DNA of 33,107 bases from a virus (Duplodnaviria; Caudoviricetes): IMG/VR virus record IMGVR_UViG_3300020045_001432, positions 1 to 33,107 of that record; one strand, written 5' to 3'. Both the position numbers and the translations under genes were made by a program. Position 1 is the stretch's first letter, and every line of letters starts with the position of its first letter. Below the pieces are notes generated by a model. The model was not told the origin of the DNA, made no database searches, and was given only the letters and a program-made list of their open reading frames with translations. Positions 25,488 to 33,107 of the stretch are shown here, piece by piece.

Positions 25488-26564
25488 TTAGAACGATCCA
25501 CCATCCAATGTTGAAGAGCTGGTCAGGTAACCAGGATCAGCAACAAATTCAAGAGCAGATTCACCAGCATTCACCTTAACAAACTTGCTACCATGTCCTG
25601 TGTATGAACTTGGAGCATCAGACAGAGATGTGAAAGCAGACACGCCTGAGGATGGAGTTGCATTCACCCAGTTGGTACCATTGTATGTCAGAACCTGAGT
25701 GTTAGATGGAGTCGTGATAACAACATCAGATAAGGCATTGATTGACGCTGCAGCAATTTGTGTATTTGCACGTGAATCAGCTGCTGTAGAGAAGTCAGAA
25801 ATGTCAGTACTTGACAAGTTAACAGTTGAGAACGTTGCAGCACCGGTACGCTTAATGAAACCAGTCGTTGACAGAGCAGCGATTGCAGACAGGTCAGCGT
25901 CAAAAGCTTGAACAGACGAACCAACAGCAGCAGTGATGCGGGCATCAGCAGCGGTAGAGAAGTCAGTGATCTGCGAAGCTGTGTGAGTGTGACCTTCAAG
26001 GCTGAATGCAGTGAATGCACCACCGGCAACTTCAACACCCCACTTTGTTTGCGATTCTTTCCAGATCAGACGCATGTTGGTTGACGAACCACGAACTGCT
26101 TCAATACCGATATCTACTGAAGGAGTACCAGTTTGACCAGAAGCTAGTTGTATAATGTTGTCTGCAACGTCAACTGTAGTGCTGTTCACGTGTGTGGTTG
26201 TGCCATTGACCGTCAGGTCACCAGTAATCGTGACGCTGTTACCGAACGTCTTGTCACCGTTGATGGTTTCAGAACCAGTCTTGTGGACATAGTCAGCTTC
26301 TGCAAAGTCAGTGATGTCAGCCTTAACCAGTGTTACAGCTCCGGTCTTACCAGCAACAGAATCCACAGTATTGACTTCAGCGCCAGCTTCAATACCGGCC
26401 AGCTTTAGATGATCAGCGGAACCACCAATGGCAGTAACACCAGCGCCACCGACATCACCAATGAACAGGGTGCTTGAGTTGTATGAATACGCCAGTTCGC
26501 CTTCACTCAATGATACTGGTGTAGCGGTTACCTGGGAACGTTTGATCTTGATTGTATTTGCCAT
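25488..26564 (-). CDS. Fibre protein with MANTIxxKRS-type N-terminal anchor
   Basis: MANTIKIKRS...LSEGELAYS; GDLTVNGTTTHVNSTT; HTH fibre motif; LDGGSF C-terminus. Confidence 0.75.
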   Translation of the reverse strand: MANTIKIKRSQVTATPVSLSEGELAYSYNSSTLFIGDVGGAGVTAIGGSADHLKLAGIEAGAEVNTVDSVAGKTGAVTLVKADITDFAEADYVHKTGSETINGDKTFGNSVTITGDLTVNGTTTHVNSTTVDVADNIIQLASGQTGTPSVDIGIEAVRGSSTNMRLIWKESQTKWGVEVAGGAFTAFSLEGHTHTASQITDFSTAADARITAAVGSSVQAFDADLSAIAALSTTGFIKRTGAATFSTVNLSSTDISDFSTAADSRANTQIAAASINALSDVVITTPSNTQVLTYNGTNWVNATPSSGVSAFTSLSDAPSSYTGHGSKFVKVNAGESALEFVADPGYLTSSSTLDGGSF

Positions 26565-26576
26565 AATAGTCTTTCC

Positions 26577-26981
26577 TTAAAAATATCCAGCGTTAAGTGT
26601 GACGGAACCAAACGTTCCATTCAGTTCTTCTTTCAGTGGAATTGCTTCCCATGATGCGTTACGATACACATTTAATGTATCATCTGTTGTGTTGTACCAA
26701 AGCAGACCTTCGGTTGGTGTCACAGGGGCGGTTGGGCCAGTGTACGTGCCTTCACCAGACGGACCTTGTGGGCCAGTGTCTCCAGTATCACCCTTTGGGC
26801 CTTGTGGTCCGGTGTTACCAATTGGACCCTGCACGCCTTGGATGCCCTGTATCCCTTGTGGGCCTTGAACACCCTGAGGACCTTGAGGACCAACCGGTCC
26901 TTGGATACCTTCAGGGCCTTGACTGCCACCAACCTCAATAATCAGGTTGTCTTTTTCAGTAACTAATGCGTAGTTTGCCAT
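26577..26981 (-). CDS. Short collagen-like fibre protein
   Basis: About 19 Gly-X-Y triplets followed by GLLWYNTT. Confidence 0.85.
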   Translation of the reverse strand: MANYALVTEKDNLIIEVGGSQGPEGIQGPVGPQGPQGVQGPQGIQGIQGVQGPIGNTGPQGPKGDTGDTGPQGPSGEGTYTGPTAPVTPTEGLLWYNTTDDTLNVYRNASWEAIPLKEELNGTFGSVTLNAGYF

Positions 26982-26993
26982 GTATTTACCTTT

Positions 26994-28157
26994 TTATCGT
27001 GTCACAGTAATGGAAACTTGAACATAGTCCAAACCAACATACAGTGTGTTACCAGTGCTCATATTTACTAACACTGGGCCTTGGATTGGGTACGCAAGAG
27101 CACTGAATGCACGGCTGTATACCATAACGTCATCAATGTAATACTGGATCAGGTCAGTTGCATTGTCGTAAACAATCTTGAAAGTGTACCATTGAGCAGC
27201 GACTGGAGTGATTGATGTTTCAAATGTTCCCACGTTAGATGCAGCATCATTGTAACGACAGATGAAGTGGTTGCCGTTTGCTCCATTGAGGTATTCAAAA
27301 CCAACCCCAGCTGGTGTGGCTCCACCAAATCCATCAAAGATACCACATTTCATGTGCGCTTGGGTTCCACCGGAAGTCAACGTGTTCATCTTTACGCGCT
27401 GAATAACTGTAAATCCAGTCTGCTGGAACCAACGAATAACGATTGTTGGATACAAATAAGAAGTACCACCGTTGATTGATAGGTTGGCGCCTAGTTGAAA
27501 CCAACCAATTGTGTTCTGTGCATCGGTTGCATTCCATGCTGTTTCATATCCATTAAACGCAAACTTACCATTTGGGGAGTAGGATTCAGCAACTGTAGAT
27601 GCATTTGTTTTAACCCAGTACCAGTCACAGTCATCATTCCAACCATAAGATTGTGATAGAGGAGCGTTTGAACCAGACGGACCTTGTGGGCCGGTAGGAC
27701 CAACATCACCAGTGTCTCCTTTAATACCCTGAATACCTTGAATGCCCTGCGGGCCTGTGTCGCCAGTATCACCTTTTGGTCCGGTAGGACCTACTGGGCC
27801 TTGACTACCTTGTGGGCCAGTATCTCCGGTATCACCTTTAACGCCCTGGATACCCTGAGGACCAGTATTGCCAGTATCACCTTTTGGTCCGGTTGGGCCA
27901 GTGTTGCCAGCAGATCCTTGATCACCCTTTGGACCTACTGTGCCTTGAGGGCCGGTTGGGCCAACAACACCCTGTGGTCCTTGAGGGCCTGGGGCACCAG
28001 TAACACCTTGGATACCATTGGATCCAGCAGGACCAGGGACACCCTGAGCTCCTTGGATACCTTGTGGGCCAGGTTCTCCTTGAGGTCCTTGCAATCCCTG
28101 TGACAACTCAACAGTGATTCCACGATCTTCTTGGATTACAACTTCATAATCAGCCAT
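26994..28157 (-). CDS. Collagen-like fibre protein with C-terminal lectin-like domain
   Basis: About 48 Gly-X-Y triplets; WYTFKIVYD...QYYIDD beta-sandwich pattern. Confidence 0.85.
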   Translation of the reverse strand: MADYEVVIQEDRGITVELSQGLQGPQGEPGPQGIQGAQGVPGPAGSNGIQGVTGAPGPQGPQGVVGPTGPQGTVGPKGDQGSAGNTGPTGPKGDTGNTGPQGIQGVKGDTGDTGPQGSQGPVGPTGPKGDTGDTGPQGIQGIQGIKGDTGDVGPTGPQGPSGSNAPLSQSYGWNDDCDWYWVKTNASTVAESYSPNGKFAFNGYETAWNATDAQNTIGWFQLGANLSINGGTSYLYPTIVIRWFQQTGFTVIQRVKMNTLTSGGTQAHMKCGIFDGFGGATPAGVGFEYLNGANGNHFICRYNDAASNVGTFETSITPVAAQWYTFKIVYDNATDLIQYYIDDVMVYSRAFSALAYPIQGPVLVNMSTGNTLYVGLDYVQVSITVTR

Positions 28158-28498
28158 TATCGGGTCACCTCTTTGCTGAGTACAGCCTTACCTTGCAGTA
28201 AACGATCAACAACACCGCTTGGATACACAATTTCAACGTCATAAACGCCAGTATCAAAGCCAAGAGCGGCCGTAACCACATTGGATAATGAGATTGTGAA
28301 CTCACCATTGGCTGCATCTGTGATGGCTGTAACAAAGGAAGCCACAGGAGAAGCATCTTCAACAGCTGTTCTCACTTGTCCACGCACAGTACAACCAGTA
28401 ATGTCAACGGGTAGCTGACTCACTGACTCTTTAACGGTGATCTTTTGAATGTAATCAGATCCTTGTTGGATCAAAATGTTGTACTTGCCAGCTGCCAT
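28157..28498 (-). CDS. Ig-like/BppU-like fibre adaptor protein
   Basis: [11 protein letters not shown]...VDITGC...GVYDVEI...RLLQG...EVTR. Confidence 0.7.
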   Translation of the reverse strand: MAAGKYNILIQQGSDYIQKITVKESVSQLPVDITGCTVRGQVRTAVEDASPVASFVTAITDAANGEFTISLSNVVTAALGFDTGVYDVEIVYPSGVVDRLLQGKAVLSKEVTR

Positions 28499-28499
28499 G

Positions 28500-28757
28500 T
28501 TAGATATCTCCGTGATCTGCGATTACTCGTTTTGCAGTCTGAGTGAGTTGACTCATCTTTTCTGCGAATTCGTTTGGTTCAACCGTGGCTTGCCCATTGT
28601 TGAACTCCATGATGTGCTCTCTGTGAACGAAAGCGAATGTAAAAACACCACGTCTACCTTCACTTGCTACCTTTGTGATCTGGTTGCCCTTGAGTCTCAA
28701 GTAAGCAGCCAGTGGGACATGCGGTGTTTTGTATTCTGTTATCAGATTTGTATCCAT
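28500..28757 (-). CDS. Small DUF5659-like protein, paralog of 888..1103
   Basis: YKTPHVPLAAYLRLKG...GVFTF...TVEP pattern; AAGGA RBS. Confidence 0.65.
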   Translation of the reverse strand: MDTNLITEYKTPHVPLAAYLRLKGNQITKVASEGRRGVFTFAFVHREHIMEFNNGQATVEPNEFAEKMSQLTQTAKRVIADHGDI

Positions 28758-28782
28758 TTAATTTTCCTTTTGTGTTTGGGGT

Positions 28783-29334
28783 TTAGCGGGCGAGGGTTAG
28801 CGTTCCTTCTCCATTCCACGCATTTGAACCAATTGCCTTCAGCAACGTCTTAACCTTTGTTGGGATACGGTCAGCTTTCATGTTGCTCTTGATGCCGATA
28901 TCCAAAGGACCAACCTTGTATGTAGACAATGTTTCCAGATCGTTCTCATCTACAGTGAACTCGCCGGCCTTCATCTTCAAGTAATGCAGTGCTTGTTCAA
29001 ATGCTGCCTGCTTTAGTTGTGCAGGAATGGTTGCATCGTCAAGGTAACCAACTGAGTCACCACTAATGGTTGCTTGTGATTCACGGTTGTAGTCACGAGA
29101 GATCACATAACGACGTGGCCATTGTAGGGATTGTGTGTGAGTTGTACGTTGACCACCAAATAGTTCCACATCAATGCGGTTGGTAGCCATTACCAGTGCT
29201 GCTTGCTTATCTTTTGCTGTAGATGGCCAGAAATCACCATCCAAATGGGCAGCAAAGTAGTCATCTGCTTCAGAAACTGAAACGTAACTATTTGCGGTTG
29301 CACTCTTTGCGGTGCTGTCAAAAACGAATGCCAT
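28783..29334 (-). CDS. Head-tail connector/adaptor (so-called DnaT-like family)
   Basis: ANSYVSVSEADDYF...AALVMAT..ID...QSLQWPR...IPAQLKQA...KVGPL; directly after the capsid gene. Confidence 0.8.
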   Translation of the reverse strand: MAFVFDSTAKSATANSYVSVSEADDYFAAHLDGDFWPSTAKDKQAALVMATNRIDVELFGGQRTTHTQSLQWPRRYVISRDYNRESQATISGDSVGYLDDATIPAQLKQAAFEQALHYLKMKAGEFTVDENDLETLSTYKVGPLDIGIKSNMKADRIPTKVKTLLKAIGSNAWNGEGTLTLAR

Positions 29335-29361
29335 AATTGTTATCCTCGGTAAGGTATGATC

Positions 29362-29368
29362 TATTTAT
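29362..29368 (-). promoter_or_regulatory. ATAAATA motif
   Basis: 27 nt before the ATG at 29334, downstream of the capsid terminator. Confidence 0.65.
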
Positions 29369-29392
29369 GTTTGCTGATGTTTGCTATTGTGC

Positions 29393-29423
29393 AAACAGAA
29401 AAGGCCCCCGAAGGAGCCTTTTT
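29393..29423 (-). terminator. Intrinsic terminator with C(UUCG)G loop after the capsid gene
   Basis: AAAAGGCTCC-TTCG-GGGGCCTTTT then CTGTTT. Confidence 0.85.
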
Positions 29424-29446
29424 CTTGATTACTACTTGTGTTACGA

Positions 29447-30328
29447 TTAAACGAACTCGGTAACAGCAGCCAGACCACGGATGTTGTGGATAGCCAGGGA
29501 ACCGTACATCTTGAGACGGAAGCGAGTTGCATCCTTGCCTTCAAGAACGATAGGAGCGTCAGCACGGAAGATGTCGCCTTGTGGAACAACCAGAGCTAGA
29601 CCTTCGTTACCGCCTTCTTCCCAGTTACCAGCGTACAGGTAGCCGTCAGCAGCGTAGTCGTTACGGATGAAAGGAACACCGTCGTAAGTAGTGAAGTACT
29701 TACCGTTCAGTTCAACGGTCGTAACACCACCAGCAGCGCGCAACAGAGCCTTGATCTTGTTCTCGGTCTTAGCGTTACCCATCAGGAAGTCAACTTGTGA
29801 ACCCTTAGAGATAACCTTTGACTTAGCTTCGTCAATGTGAGCGAAGGTCAATGCAGCACCGTTGGTATCAACCAATTGGTCAGCGAAAGCGCCAGACAGA
29901 ACAGCAGCGTTCAGACCATCAAAGTTGTTTGCGCCAGCTGTACCAGAAATGGTCAGAGCGTTGAACTTACGTGCAATACCCTTAGCAGCGTTTGCGATTG
30001 CAACAGCTTCTGGATCGTTACCAGCGTTTGCGCCAGCGCCTTGAGCCATGGTCAGACCAGTGACGTCAAATTGACCAGAGATACCTTGCAGAGCCAAGGA
30101 AACTTGGGTGATGTCCAGAGCGGACGAATCAGTGATTGTGCCGTCAGCAGCGATCAGTTGGCCATCAATGCCAGTCGTTTCGCGGTTGAAGACATATGCA
30201 TTACCAGCGACTTGCTTAACTGGCAGTTGAGCCAGGAAGTCAGACACGGTAATAACGGTTTCGGCCAGGCCGACTTGCAGGTCGTCAAGACCTAGTTGAG
30301 ATACTTCAGAGAAAGTGAAAAGTGCCAT
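29447..30328 (-). CDS. Major capsid protein (HK97 fold)
   Basis: LPVKQVAGNAYVFNRE, NNFDGL, YDGVPFIRND and RLKMY motifs; follows the scaffold and precedes a terminator. Confidence 0.9.
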   Translation of the reverse strand: MALFTFSEVSQLGLDDLQVGLAETVITVSDFLAQLPVKQVAGNAYVFNRETTGIDGQLIAADGTITDSSALDITQVSLALQGISGQFDVTGLTMAQGAGANAGNDPEAVAIANAAKGIARKFNALTISGTAGANNFDGLNAAVLSGAFADQLVDTNGAALTFAHIDEAKSKVISKGSQVDFLMGNAKTENKIKALLRAAGGVTTVELNGKYFTTYDGVPFIRNDYAADGYLYAGNWEEGGNEGLALVVPQGDIFRADAPIVLEGKDATRFRLKMYGSLAIHNIRGLAAVTEFV

Positions 30329-30361
30329 TTTAGGACTCCAATAAGGTTGTAGATTACAGTG

Positions 30362-31021
30362 TTATTTACGACGGTTTGCCAAACCAGCTGCAATTTTTTC
30401 GCTTGCAGACTTTTCATGTTGGACAGGACCCGCCTTAATTGTTTTTTGTGCTCCAGACCCTCTGGATTGAGCAAATAAATGTGGGGCAGTTTCTGACAAA
30501 GCTTGAATCCAGTTGGTAACACCCATTGGGTTGCCTTCTTTATCAATCAGCTTCGTCTTAGGTACTGGCTTGCCTTCTTTAACAGCAAACGTTTCCTTAG
30601 CTCTTGCCAACACATCTGGTAGCGCGCTTTCCAGTACCCCGTACTTAATTGCTGCTTCCTTGACACCATCCGAAAGAACCACACGCTCAAGGTGTTGCTC
30701 AAGTGCATTCTTCTGTTCGGATAAAGCATTCAGTTGTGACGAATAGTTCGTCTTCAATTCTGCTACATGGGTTTCCAGTAGCGTTTCAATATTTACTCCT
30801 GTGCCAGCTTTTTGTTCCAGCTCTTTGCGCAGGGCGATATTGTTTTCACGGAATTCTTTTAGCTTGCCTTCCGTTTCGGTGAACTTGGTTGTGACCTCTT
30901 GTAGCTTAGCGACTGGAACAACACCTTCCACGTCAAGAACATAGGTACCAGATTCAGATTGTTTGTAGTAAGCCTTTACTTCTTCTGCAGGCTGCTCAGC
31001 AGTTTCATACGGTAGTGCCAT
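30362..31021 (-). CDS. Capsid scaffolding protein
   Basis: YVLDVEG, EFRENN, a coiled coil, APHLFAQSRGSGA and SASEKIAAGL. Confidence 0.85.
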   Translation of the reverse strand: MALPYETAEQPAEEVKAYYKQSESGTYVLDVEGVVPVAKLQEVTTKFTETEGKLKEFRENNIALRKELEQKAGTGVNIETLLETHVAELKTNYSSQLNALSEQKNALEQHLERVVLSDGVKEAAIKYGVLESALPDVLARAKETFAVKEGKPVPKTKLIDKEGNPMGVTNWIQALSETAPHLFAQSRGSGAQKTIKAGPVQHEKSASEKIAAGLANRRK

Positions 31022-31038
31022 TTATTACCCCCGGTAAT
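31022..31038 (-). promoter_or_regulatory. 17-nt RBS hairpin ATTACCGGGGGTAATAA, copy 2
   Basis: Identical to 2587..2603; directly before the scaffold ATG. Confidence 0.65.
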
Positions 31039-31056
31039 GTTATAATTTTCATTTAG

Positions 31057-31087
31057 AGGGTGGGATCAACCATGAAACCCACCCTCA
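31057..31087. promoter_or_regulatory. Hairpin in the scaffold leader
   Basis: GAGGGTGGG/CCCACCCTC 9-bp stem. Confidence 0.5.
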
Positions 31088-31103
31088 TTCAGTTCAACAA
31101 AAG

Positions 31104-31110
31104 TATTTAT
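31104..31110 (-). promoter_or_regulatory. ATAAATA motif upstream of scaffold/capsid
   Basis: Overlaps the portal stop codon; about 82 nt before the ATG at 31021. Confidence 0.65.
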
Positions 31111-32513
31111 GCGTTTGTACTCATTTGTGATCGTAAATTTTGGTCACGATTCAAAGCATCAGCTTCTTCAAATGATTCTTCTGGTTCAGATTCTTGGGCT
31201 TCGCCTGGTTCTTCTTGACCAGTTAGGCCTTCTTTCTCTTCTTCAACAGAGTCAACAATCTCACCTTCATACAAACGTTGCAGCATGGTATCCAATGTGA
31301 TAGCACCTTGCTTGAATGCATCCAACAGAACACGGATTTCATCAGGAGACATCTTGGATGGGCTAAAGTCCTTGTTAAGTTGAAGATCAACTTCTGCTTC
31401 TGGATAGCCAAACCATAGGTTGTACATCTCAAGAATCTCTGTGAGTGCGTTCTCCAAGCTGTTGGCCACTGTGGTCAATGATGCACCCTCAGCACCCAAA
31501 CGCATCTGTAGTGCATCTGAACTTTCAACACCAGCTTTGTACTGAAGCAGACGGCTACCAAGGCTGAACATTTGCTCTTCTTTGGTCTTCTGCAGATCCA
31601 TCAGGAACGACATACCAGATCCTTGGAACTCCCAGAAGCCAACAGTAGAACCTTGTTGCAGTTGGACGACTTCATCAGAACCAATACGAACTACCTGTGC
31701 ATCATTAGCAAGGTTGCCAGATACGTATGGAGTTGGTAGTGCCAAGAAGTGAGCACCGTGGGCAATGTCCACAGCAATCTTGAAGTGCTCAATGTTGATG
31801 TCAGCCAGATTGAACAATGTTGGCTTGTATACGTTCTTGCTTGTATCGTATGGAGTACAGAACACAAATGGTAGGAACTCAAGAGCCTGACCACGATATG
31901 TTGGTTGTACTTCTTCTACCAGCTTGAATTGTGTCTTTGATGTGACTTCAGCGAACTTACCAGTGGAACTAGCTTGTTGTTCCCAGATACGGACAGTGTA
32001 GTAGCCATCTTCATCAAGGAACAGTTCACGATAGCGACACTTCTTCACCGTCATGTAACGGTCAGAAGCATCTTGTGTGTAAAAATGTTCACGAAGAACC
32101 ACAAAATCATCGCCCCAGTTGGTGATGTCTTCACTGCGGTAGACCAACAGATATGGGCTATCCCATTCAGCACTGTAGTCACACATTAGGCCAATACGGC
32201 CACCGGTCATCAGTTCAACATATGCTTGTTGTACGAGTTCCTCAAATGAGCAGTCATCAGCACAAACTGGATCATCTCCAACCACACCTTCAACGGTTAG
32301 TGGCTTGCGCATCAATGCACCAAGCAACGCCATCATTGTGCGGTCTACCACATTGTAGTAGGATGCACGGCTGCGGTAGTTCTCATATTGAACATTTGTT
32401 TGACCAGACAATCGTGGAACATAGTCCTTGACTTCGCCCTCAAATGCGTCTTTGGTTTTCATCACATATCCGATGTGACGTTGGTATTCTGGGTGGGTAC
32501 TATTAATTGGCAT
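31107..32513 (-). CDS. Portal protein (DUF4055-like)
   Basis: HPEY, YENYRSRASYYN, KPTLFNLADINIEHF and HGAHFLALPTP; follows terL. Confidence 0.9.
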   Translation of the reverse strand: MPINSTHPEYQRHIGYVMKTKDAFEGEVKDYVPRLSGQTNVQYENYRSRASYYNVVDRTMMALLGALMRKPLTVEGVVGDDPVCADDCSFEELVQQAYVELMTGGRIGLMCDYSAEWDSPYLLVYRSEDITNWGDDFVVLREHFYTQDASDRYMTVKKCRYRELFLDEDGYYTVRIWEQQASSTGKFAEVTSKTQFKLVEEVQPTYRGQALEFLPFVFCTPYDTSKNVYKPTLFNLADINIEHFKIAVDIAHGAHFLALPTPYVSGNLANDAQVVRIGSDEVVQLQQGSTVGFWEFQGSGMSFLMDLQKTKEEQMFSLGSRLLQYKAGVESSDALQMRLGAEGASLTTVANSLENALTEILEMYNLWFGYPEAEVDLQLNKDFSPSKMSPDEIRVLLDAFKQGAITLDTMLQRLYEGEIVDSVEEEKEGLTGQEEPGEAQESEPEESFEEADALNRDQNLRSQMSTNA

Positions 32514-32538
32514 GGTTATTCCTCAAATATTCTGTTTC

Positions 32539-32545
32539 TATTTAT
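32539..32545 (-). promoter_or_regulatory. ATAAATA motif upstream of the portal gene
   Basis: 25 nt before the ATG at 32513. Confidence 0.65.
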
Positions 32546-32551
32546 CAAACA

Positions 32552-33107
32552 TCAGTAACCGACCATCTTCAGCCCACCAGCCTGGTAGCGTTTGACAGGG
32601 AACTTCTTGTAGATAAAATATCCAGCTGCGTCGTTAGGGTGGTCTTGATCGTGTCTTTTGTCTGGTTGTCCAGTCTTATCGTACACTTGCTGCTCTAATG
32701 CTTGGGTGTATTGAGGACATTTAACCGTGTTTACTCTATATTTACGTACATTTTCAGCATTACAAAATGCTTGGTTCATGGAATTGATGCGATCCTTGAC
32801 AGGAGGGTTGATACTGTCAACAATTACCTGGAAGCCAGCAGAGGTCAGCATGTTCAAATCAGAGGTGGAAGCATCAACTGTGGCTCTACCTTTACCAGAG
32901 CTGTCTGGATACACAATGACCTTGAATTGTGGATACCGTTCCTTGATGATTTGGATGATCGCTTCTGTGTCTTTAGCACCAACAATCTCATCAACAGCAA
33001 TTGGGCCGTGTTCATCAATGATATGAGCCACACCAGCCATCTTACCAACGTTAAAGTCCATACCAATGTGCAATTGTGGTAGAGCTAAGCTACGACCAAA
33101 TCCATCA
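32552..33107 (-). CDS. terL: Terminase large subunit, C-terminal nuclease part
   Basis: HIGMDFNV, VYPDSSG, NPPVKDRIN and DHPNDAAGY RNase H-like motifs. Confidence 0.95.
   Translation of the reverse strand, partial: DGFGRSLALPQLHIGMDFNVGKMAGVAHIIDEHGPIAVDEIVGAKDTEAIIQIIKERYPQFKVIVYPDSSGKGRATVDASTSDLNMLTSAGFQVIVDSINPPVKDRINSMNQAFCNAENVRKYRVNTVKCPQYTQALEQQVYDKTGQPDKRHDQDHPNDAAGYFIYKKFPVKRYQAGGLKMVGY
32987..33107. repeat. Terminal direct repeat, copy 2
   Basis: Identical to 1-121. Confidence 0.95.

Noticed and set aside
24003-26564. Diversity-generating retroelement targeting the fibres
   Set aside because: I see no reverse transcriptase and no template/variable repeat pair differing at adenines.
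28783-29334. DnaT-like protein as a replication factor
   Set aside because: Its motifs and position right after the capsid gene fit the head-tail connector role of this family.
2618-32545. ATAAATA as an archaeal TATA box or a stop-codon artefact
   Set aside because: NlpC/P60, holin-like genes and sigma70-type promoters indicate a bacterial host. Only four of the 13 copies (16189, 21612, 23266, 31104) contain the upstream gene's stop codon.
7506-32745. Intragenic CTAAATA/GTAAATA copies (7506, 10264, 27062, 30790, 32739) as promoters
   Set aside because: They are inside genes and mostly far from starts, so chance occurrence is plausible. They are not counted among the 13.
32552-33073. 173-aa ORF as a truncated terminase or pseudogene
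   Set aside because: It is in frame with 1..888 across the junction, giving an intact TerL of about 440 aa.
7920-33082. Numerous plus-strand and alternate-frame ORFs in the track
   Set aside because: They are shadows of well-supported minus-strand genes, especially over repetitive Gly/Ala/Thr-rich coding sequence.
1-33107. Gene transfer agent cluster or alternative genetic code
   Set aside because: The element is circular with no host flanks, and the GTA-like tail tip is shared by many phages. Genes are full length in the standard code.

Overview
The window appears to be a complete, circularly assembled tailed-phage genome of about 32,986 bp; bases 1-121 repeat exactly at 32987-33107 and the terminase gene runs across that junction. 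Almost all genes are on the minus strand. It encodes a full siphovirus-type virion: TerS, TerL, portal, scaffold, capsid, neck, tail tube, a chaperone pair with a -1 frameshift, tape measure, a GTA-like tail tip and many fibre/adhesin genes. It also has holin-like and lysin-like genes, a Holliday junction resolvase, small DNA-binding proteins and one short plus-strand operon. I recognise no DNA polymerase, primase, helicase, initiator, integrase, repressor, sigma factor or RNA polymerase. At least 13 minus-strand ATAAATA motifs, resembling the T4 gp55 late promoter, sit just upstream of genes or RNAs. My leading hypothesis is a virion-complete phage that borrows late transcription, and possibly replication, from a T4-like helper phage. 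The 4.2-5.9 kb control region holds a two-hairpin leader with matching loop sequences, a ~430-nt structured non-coding block and a candidate sRNA. A non-canonical tRNA-Ala-like gene lies in the tail operon. Family assignments come from motif recognition by eye, not from database searches.
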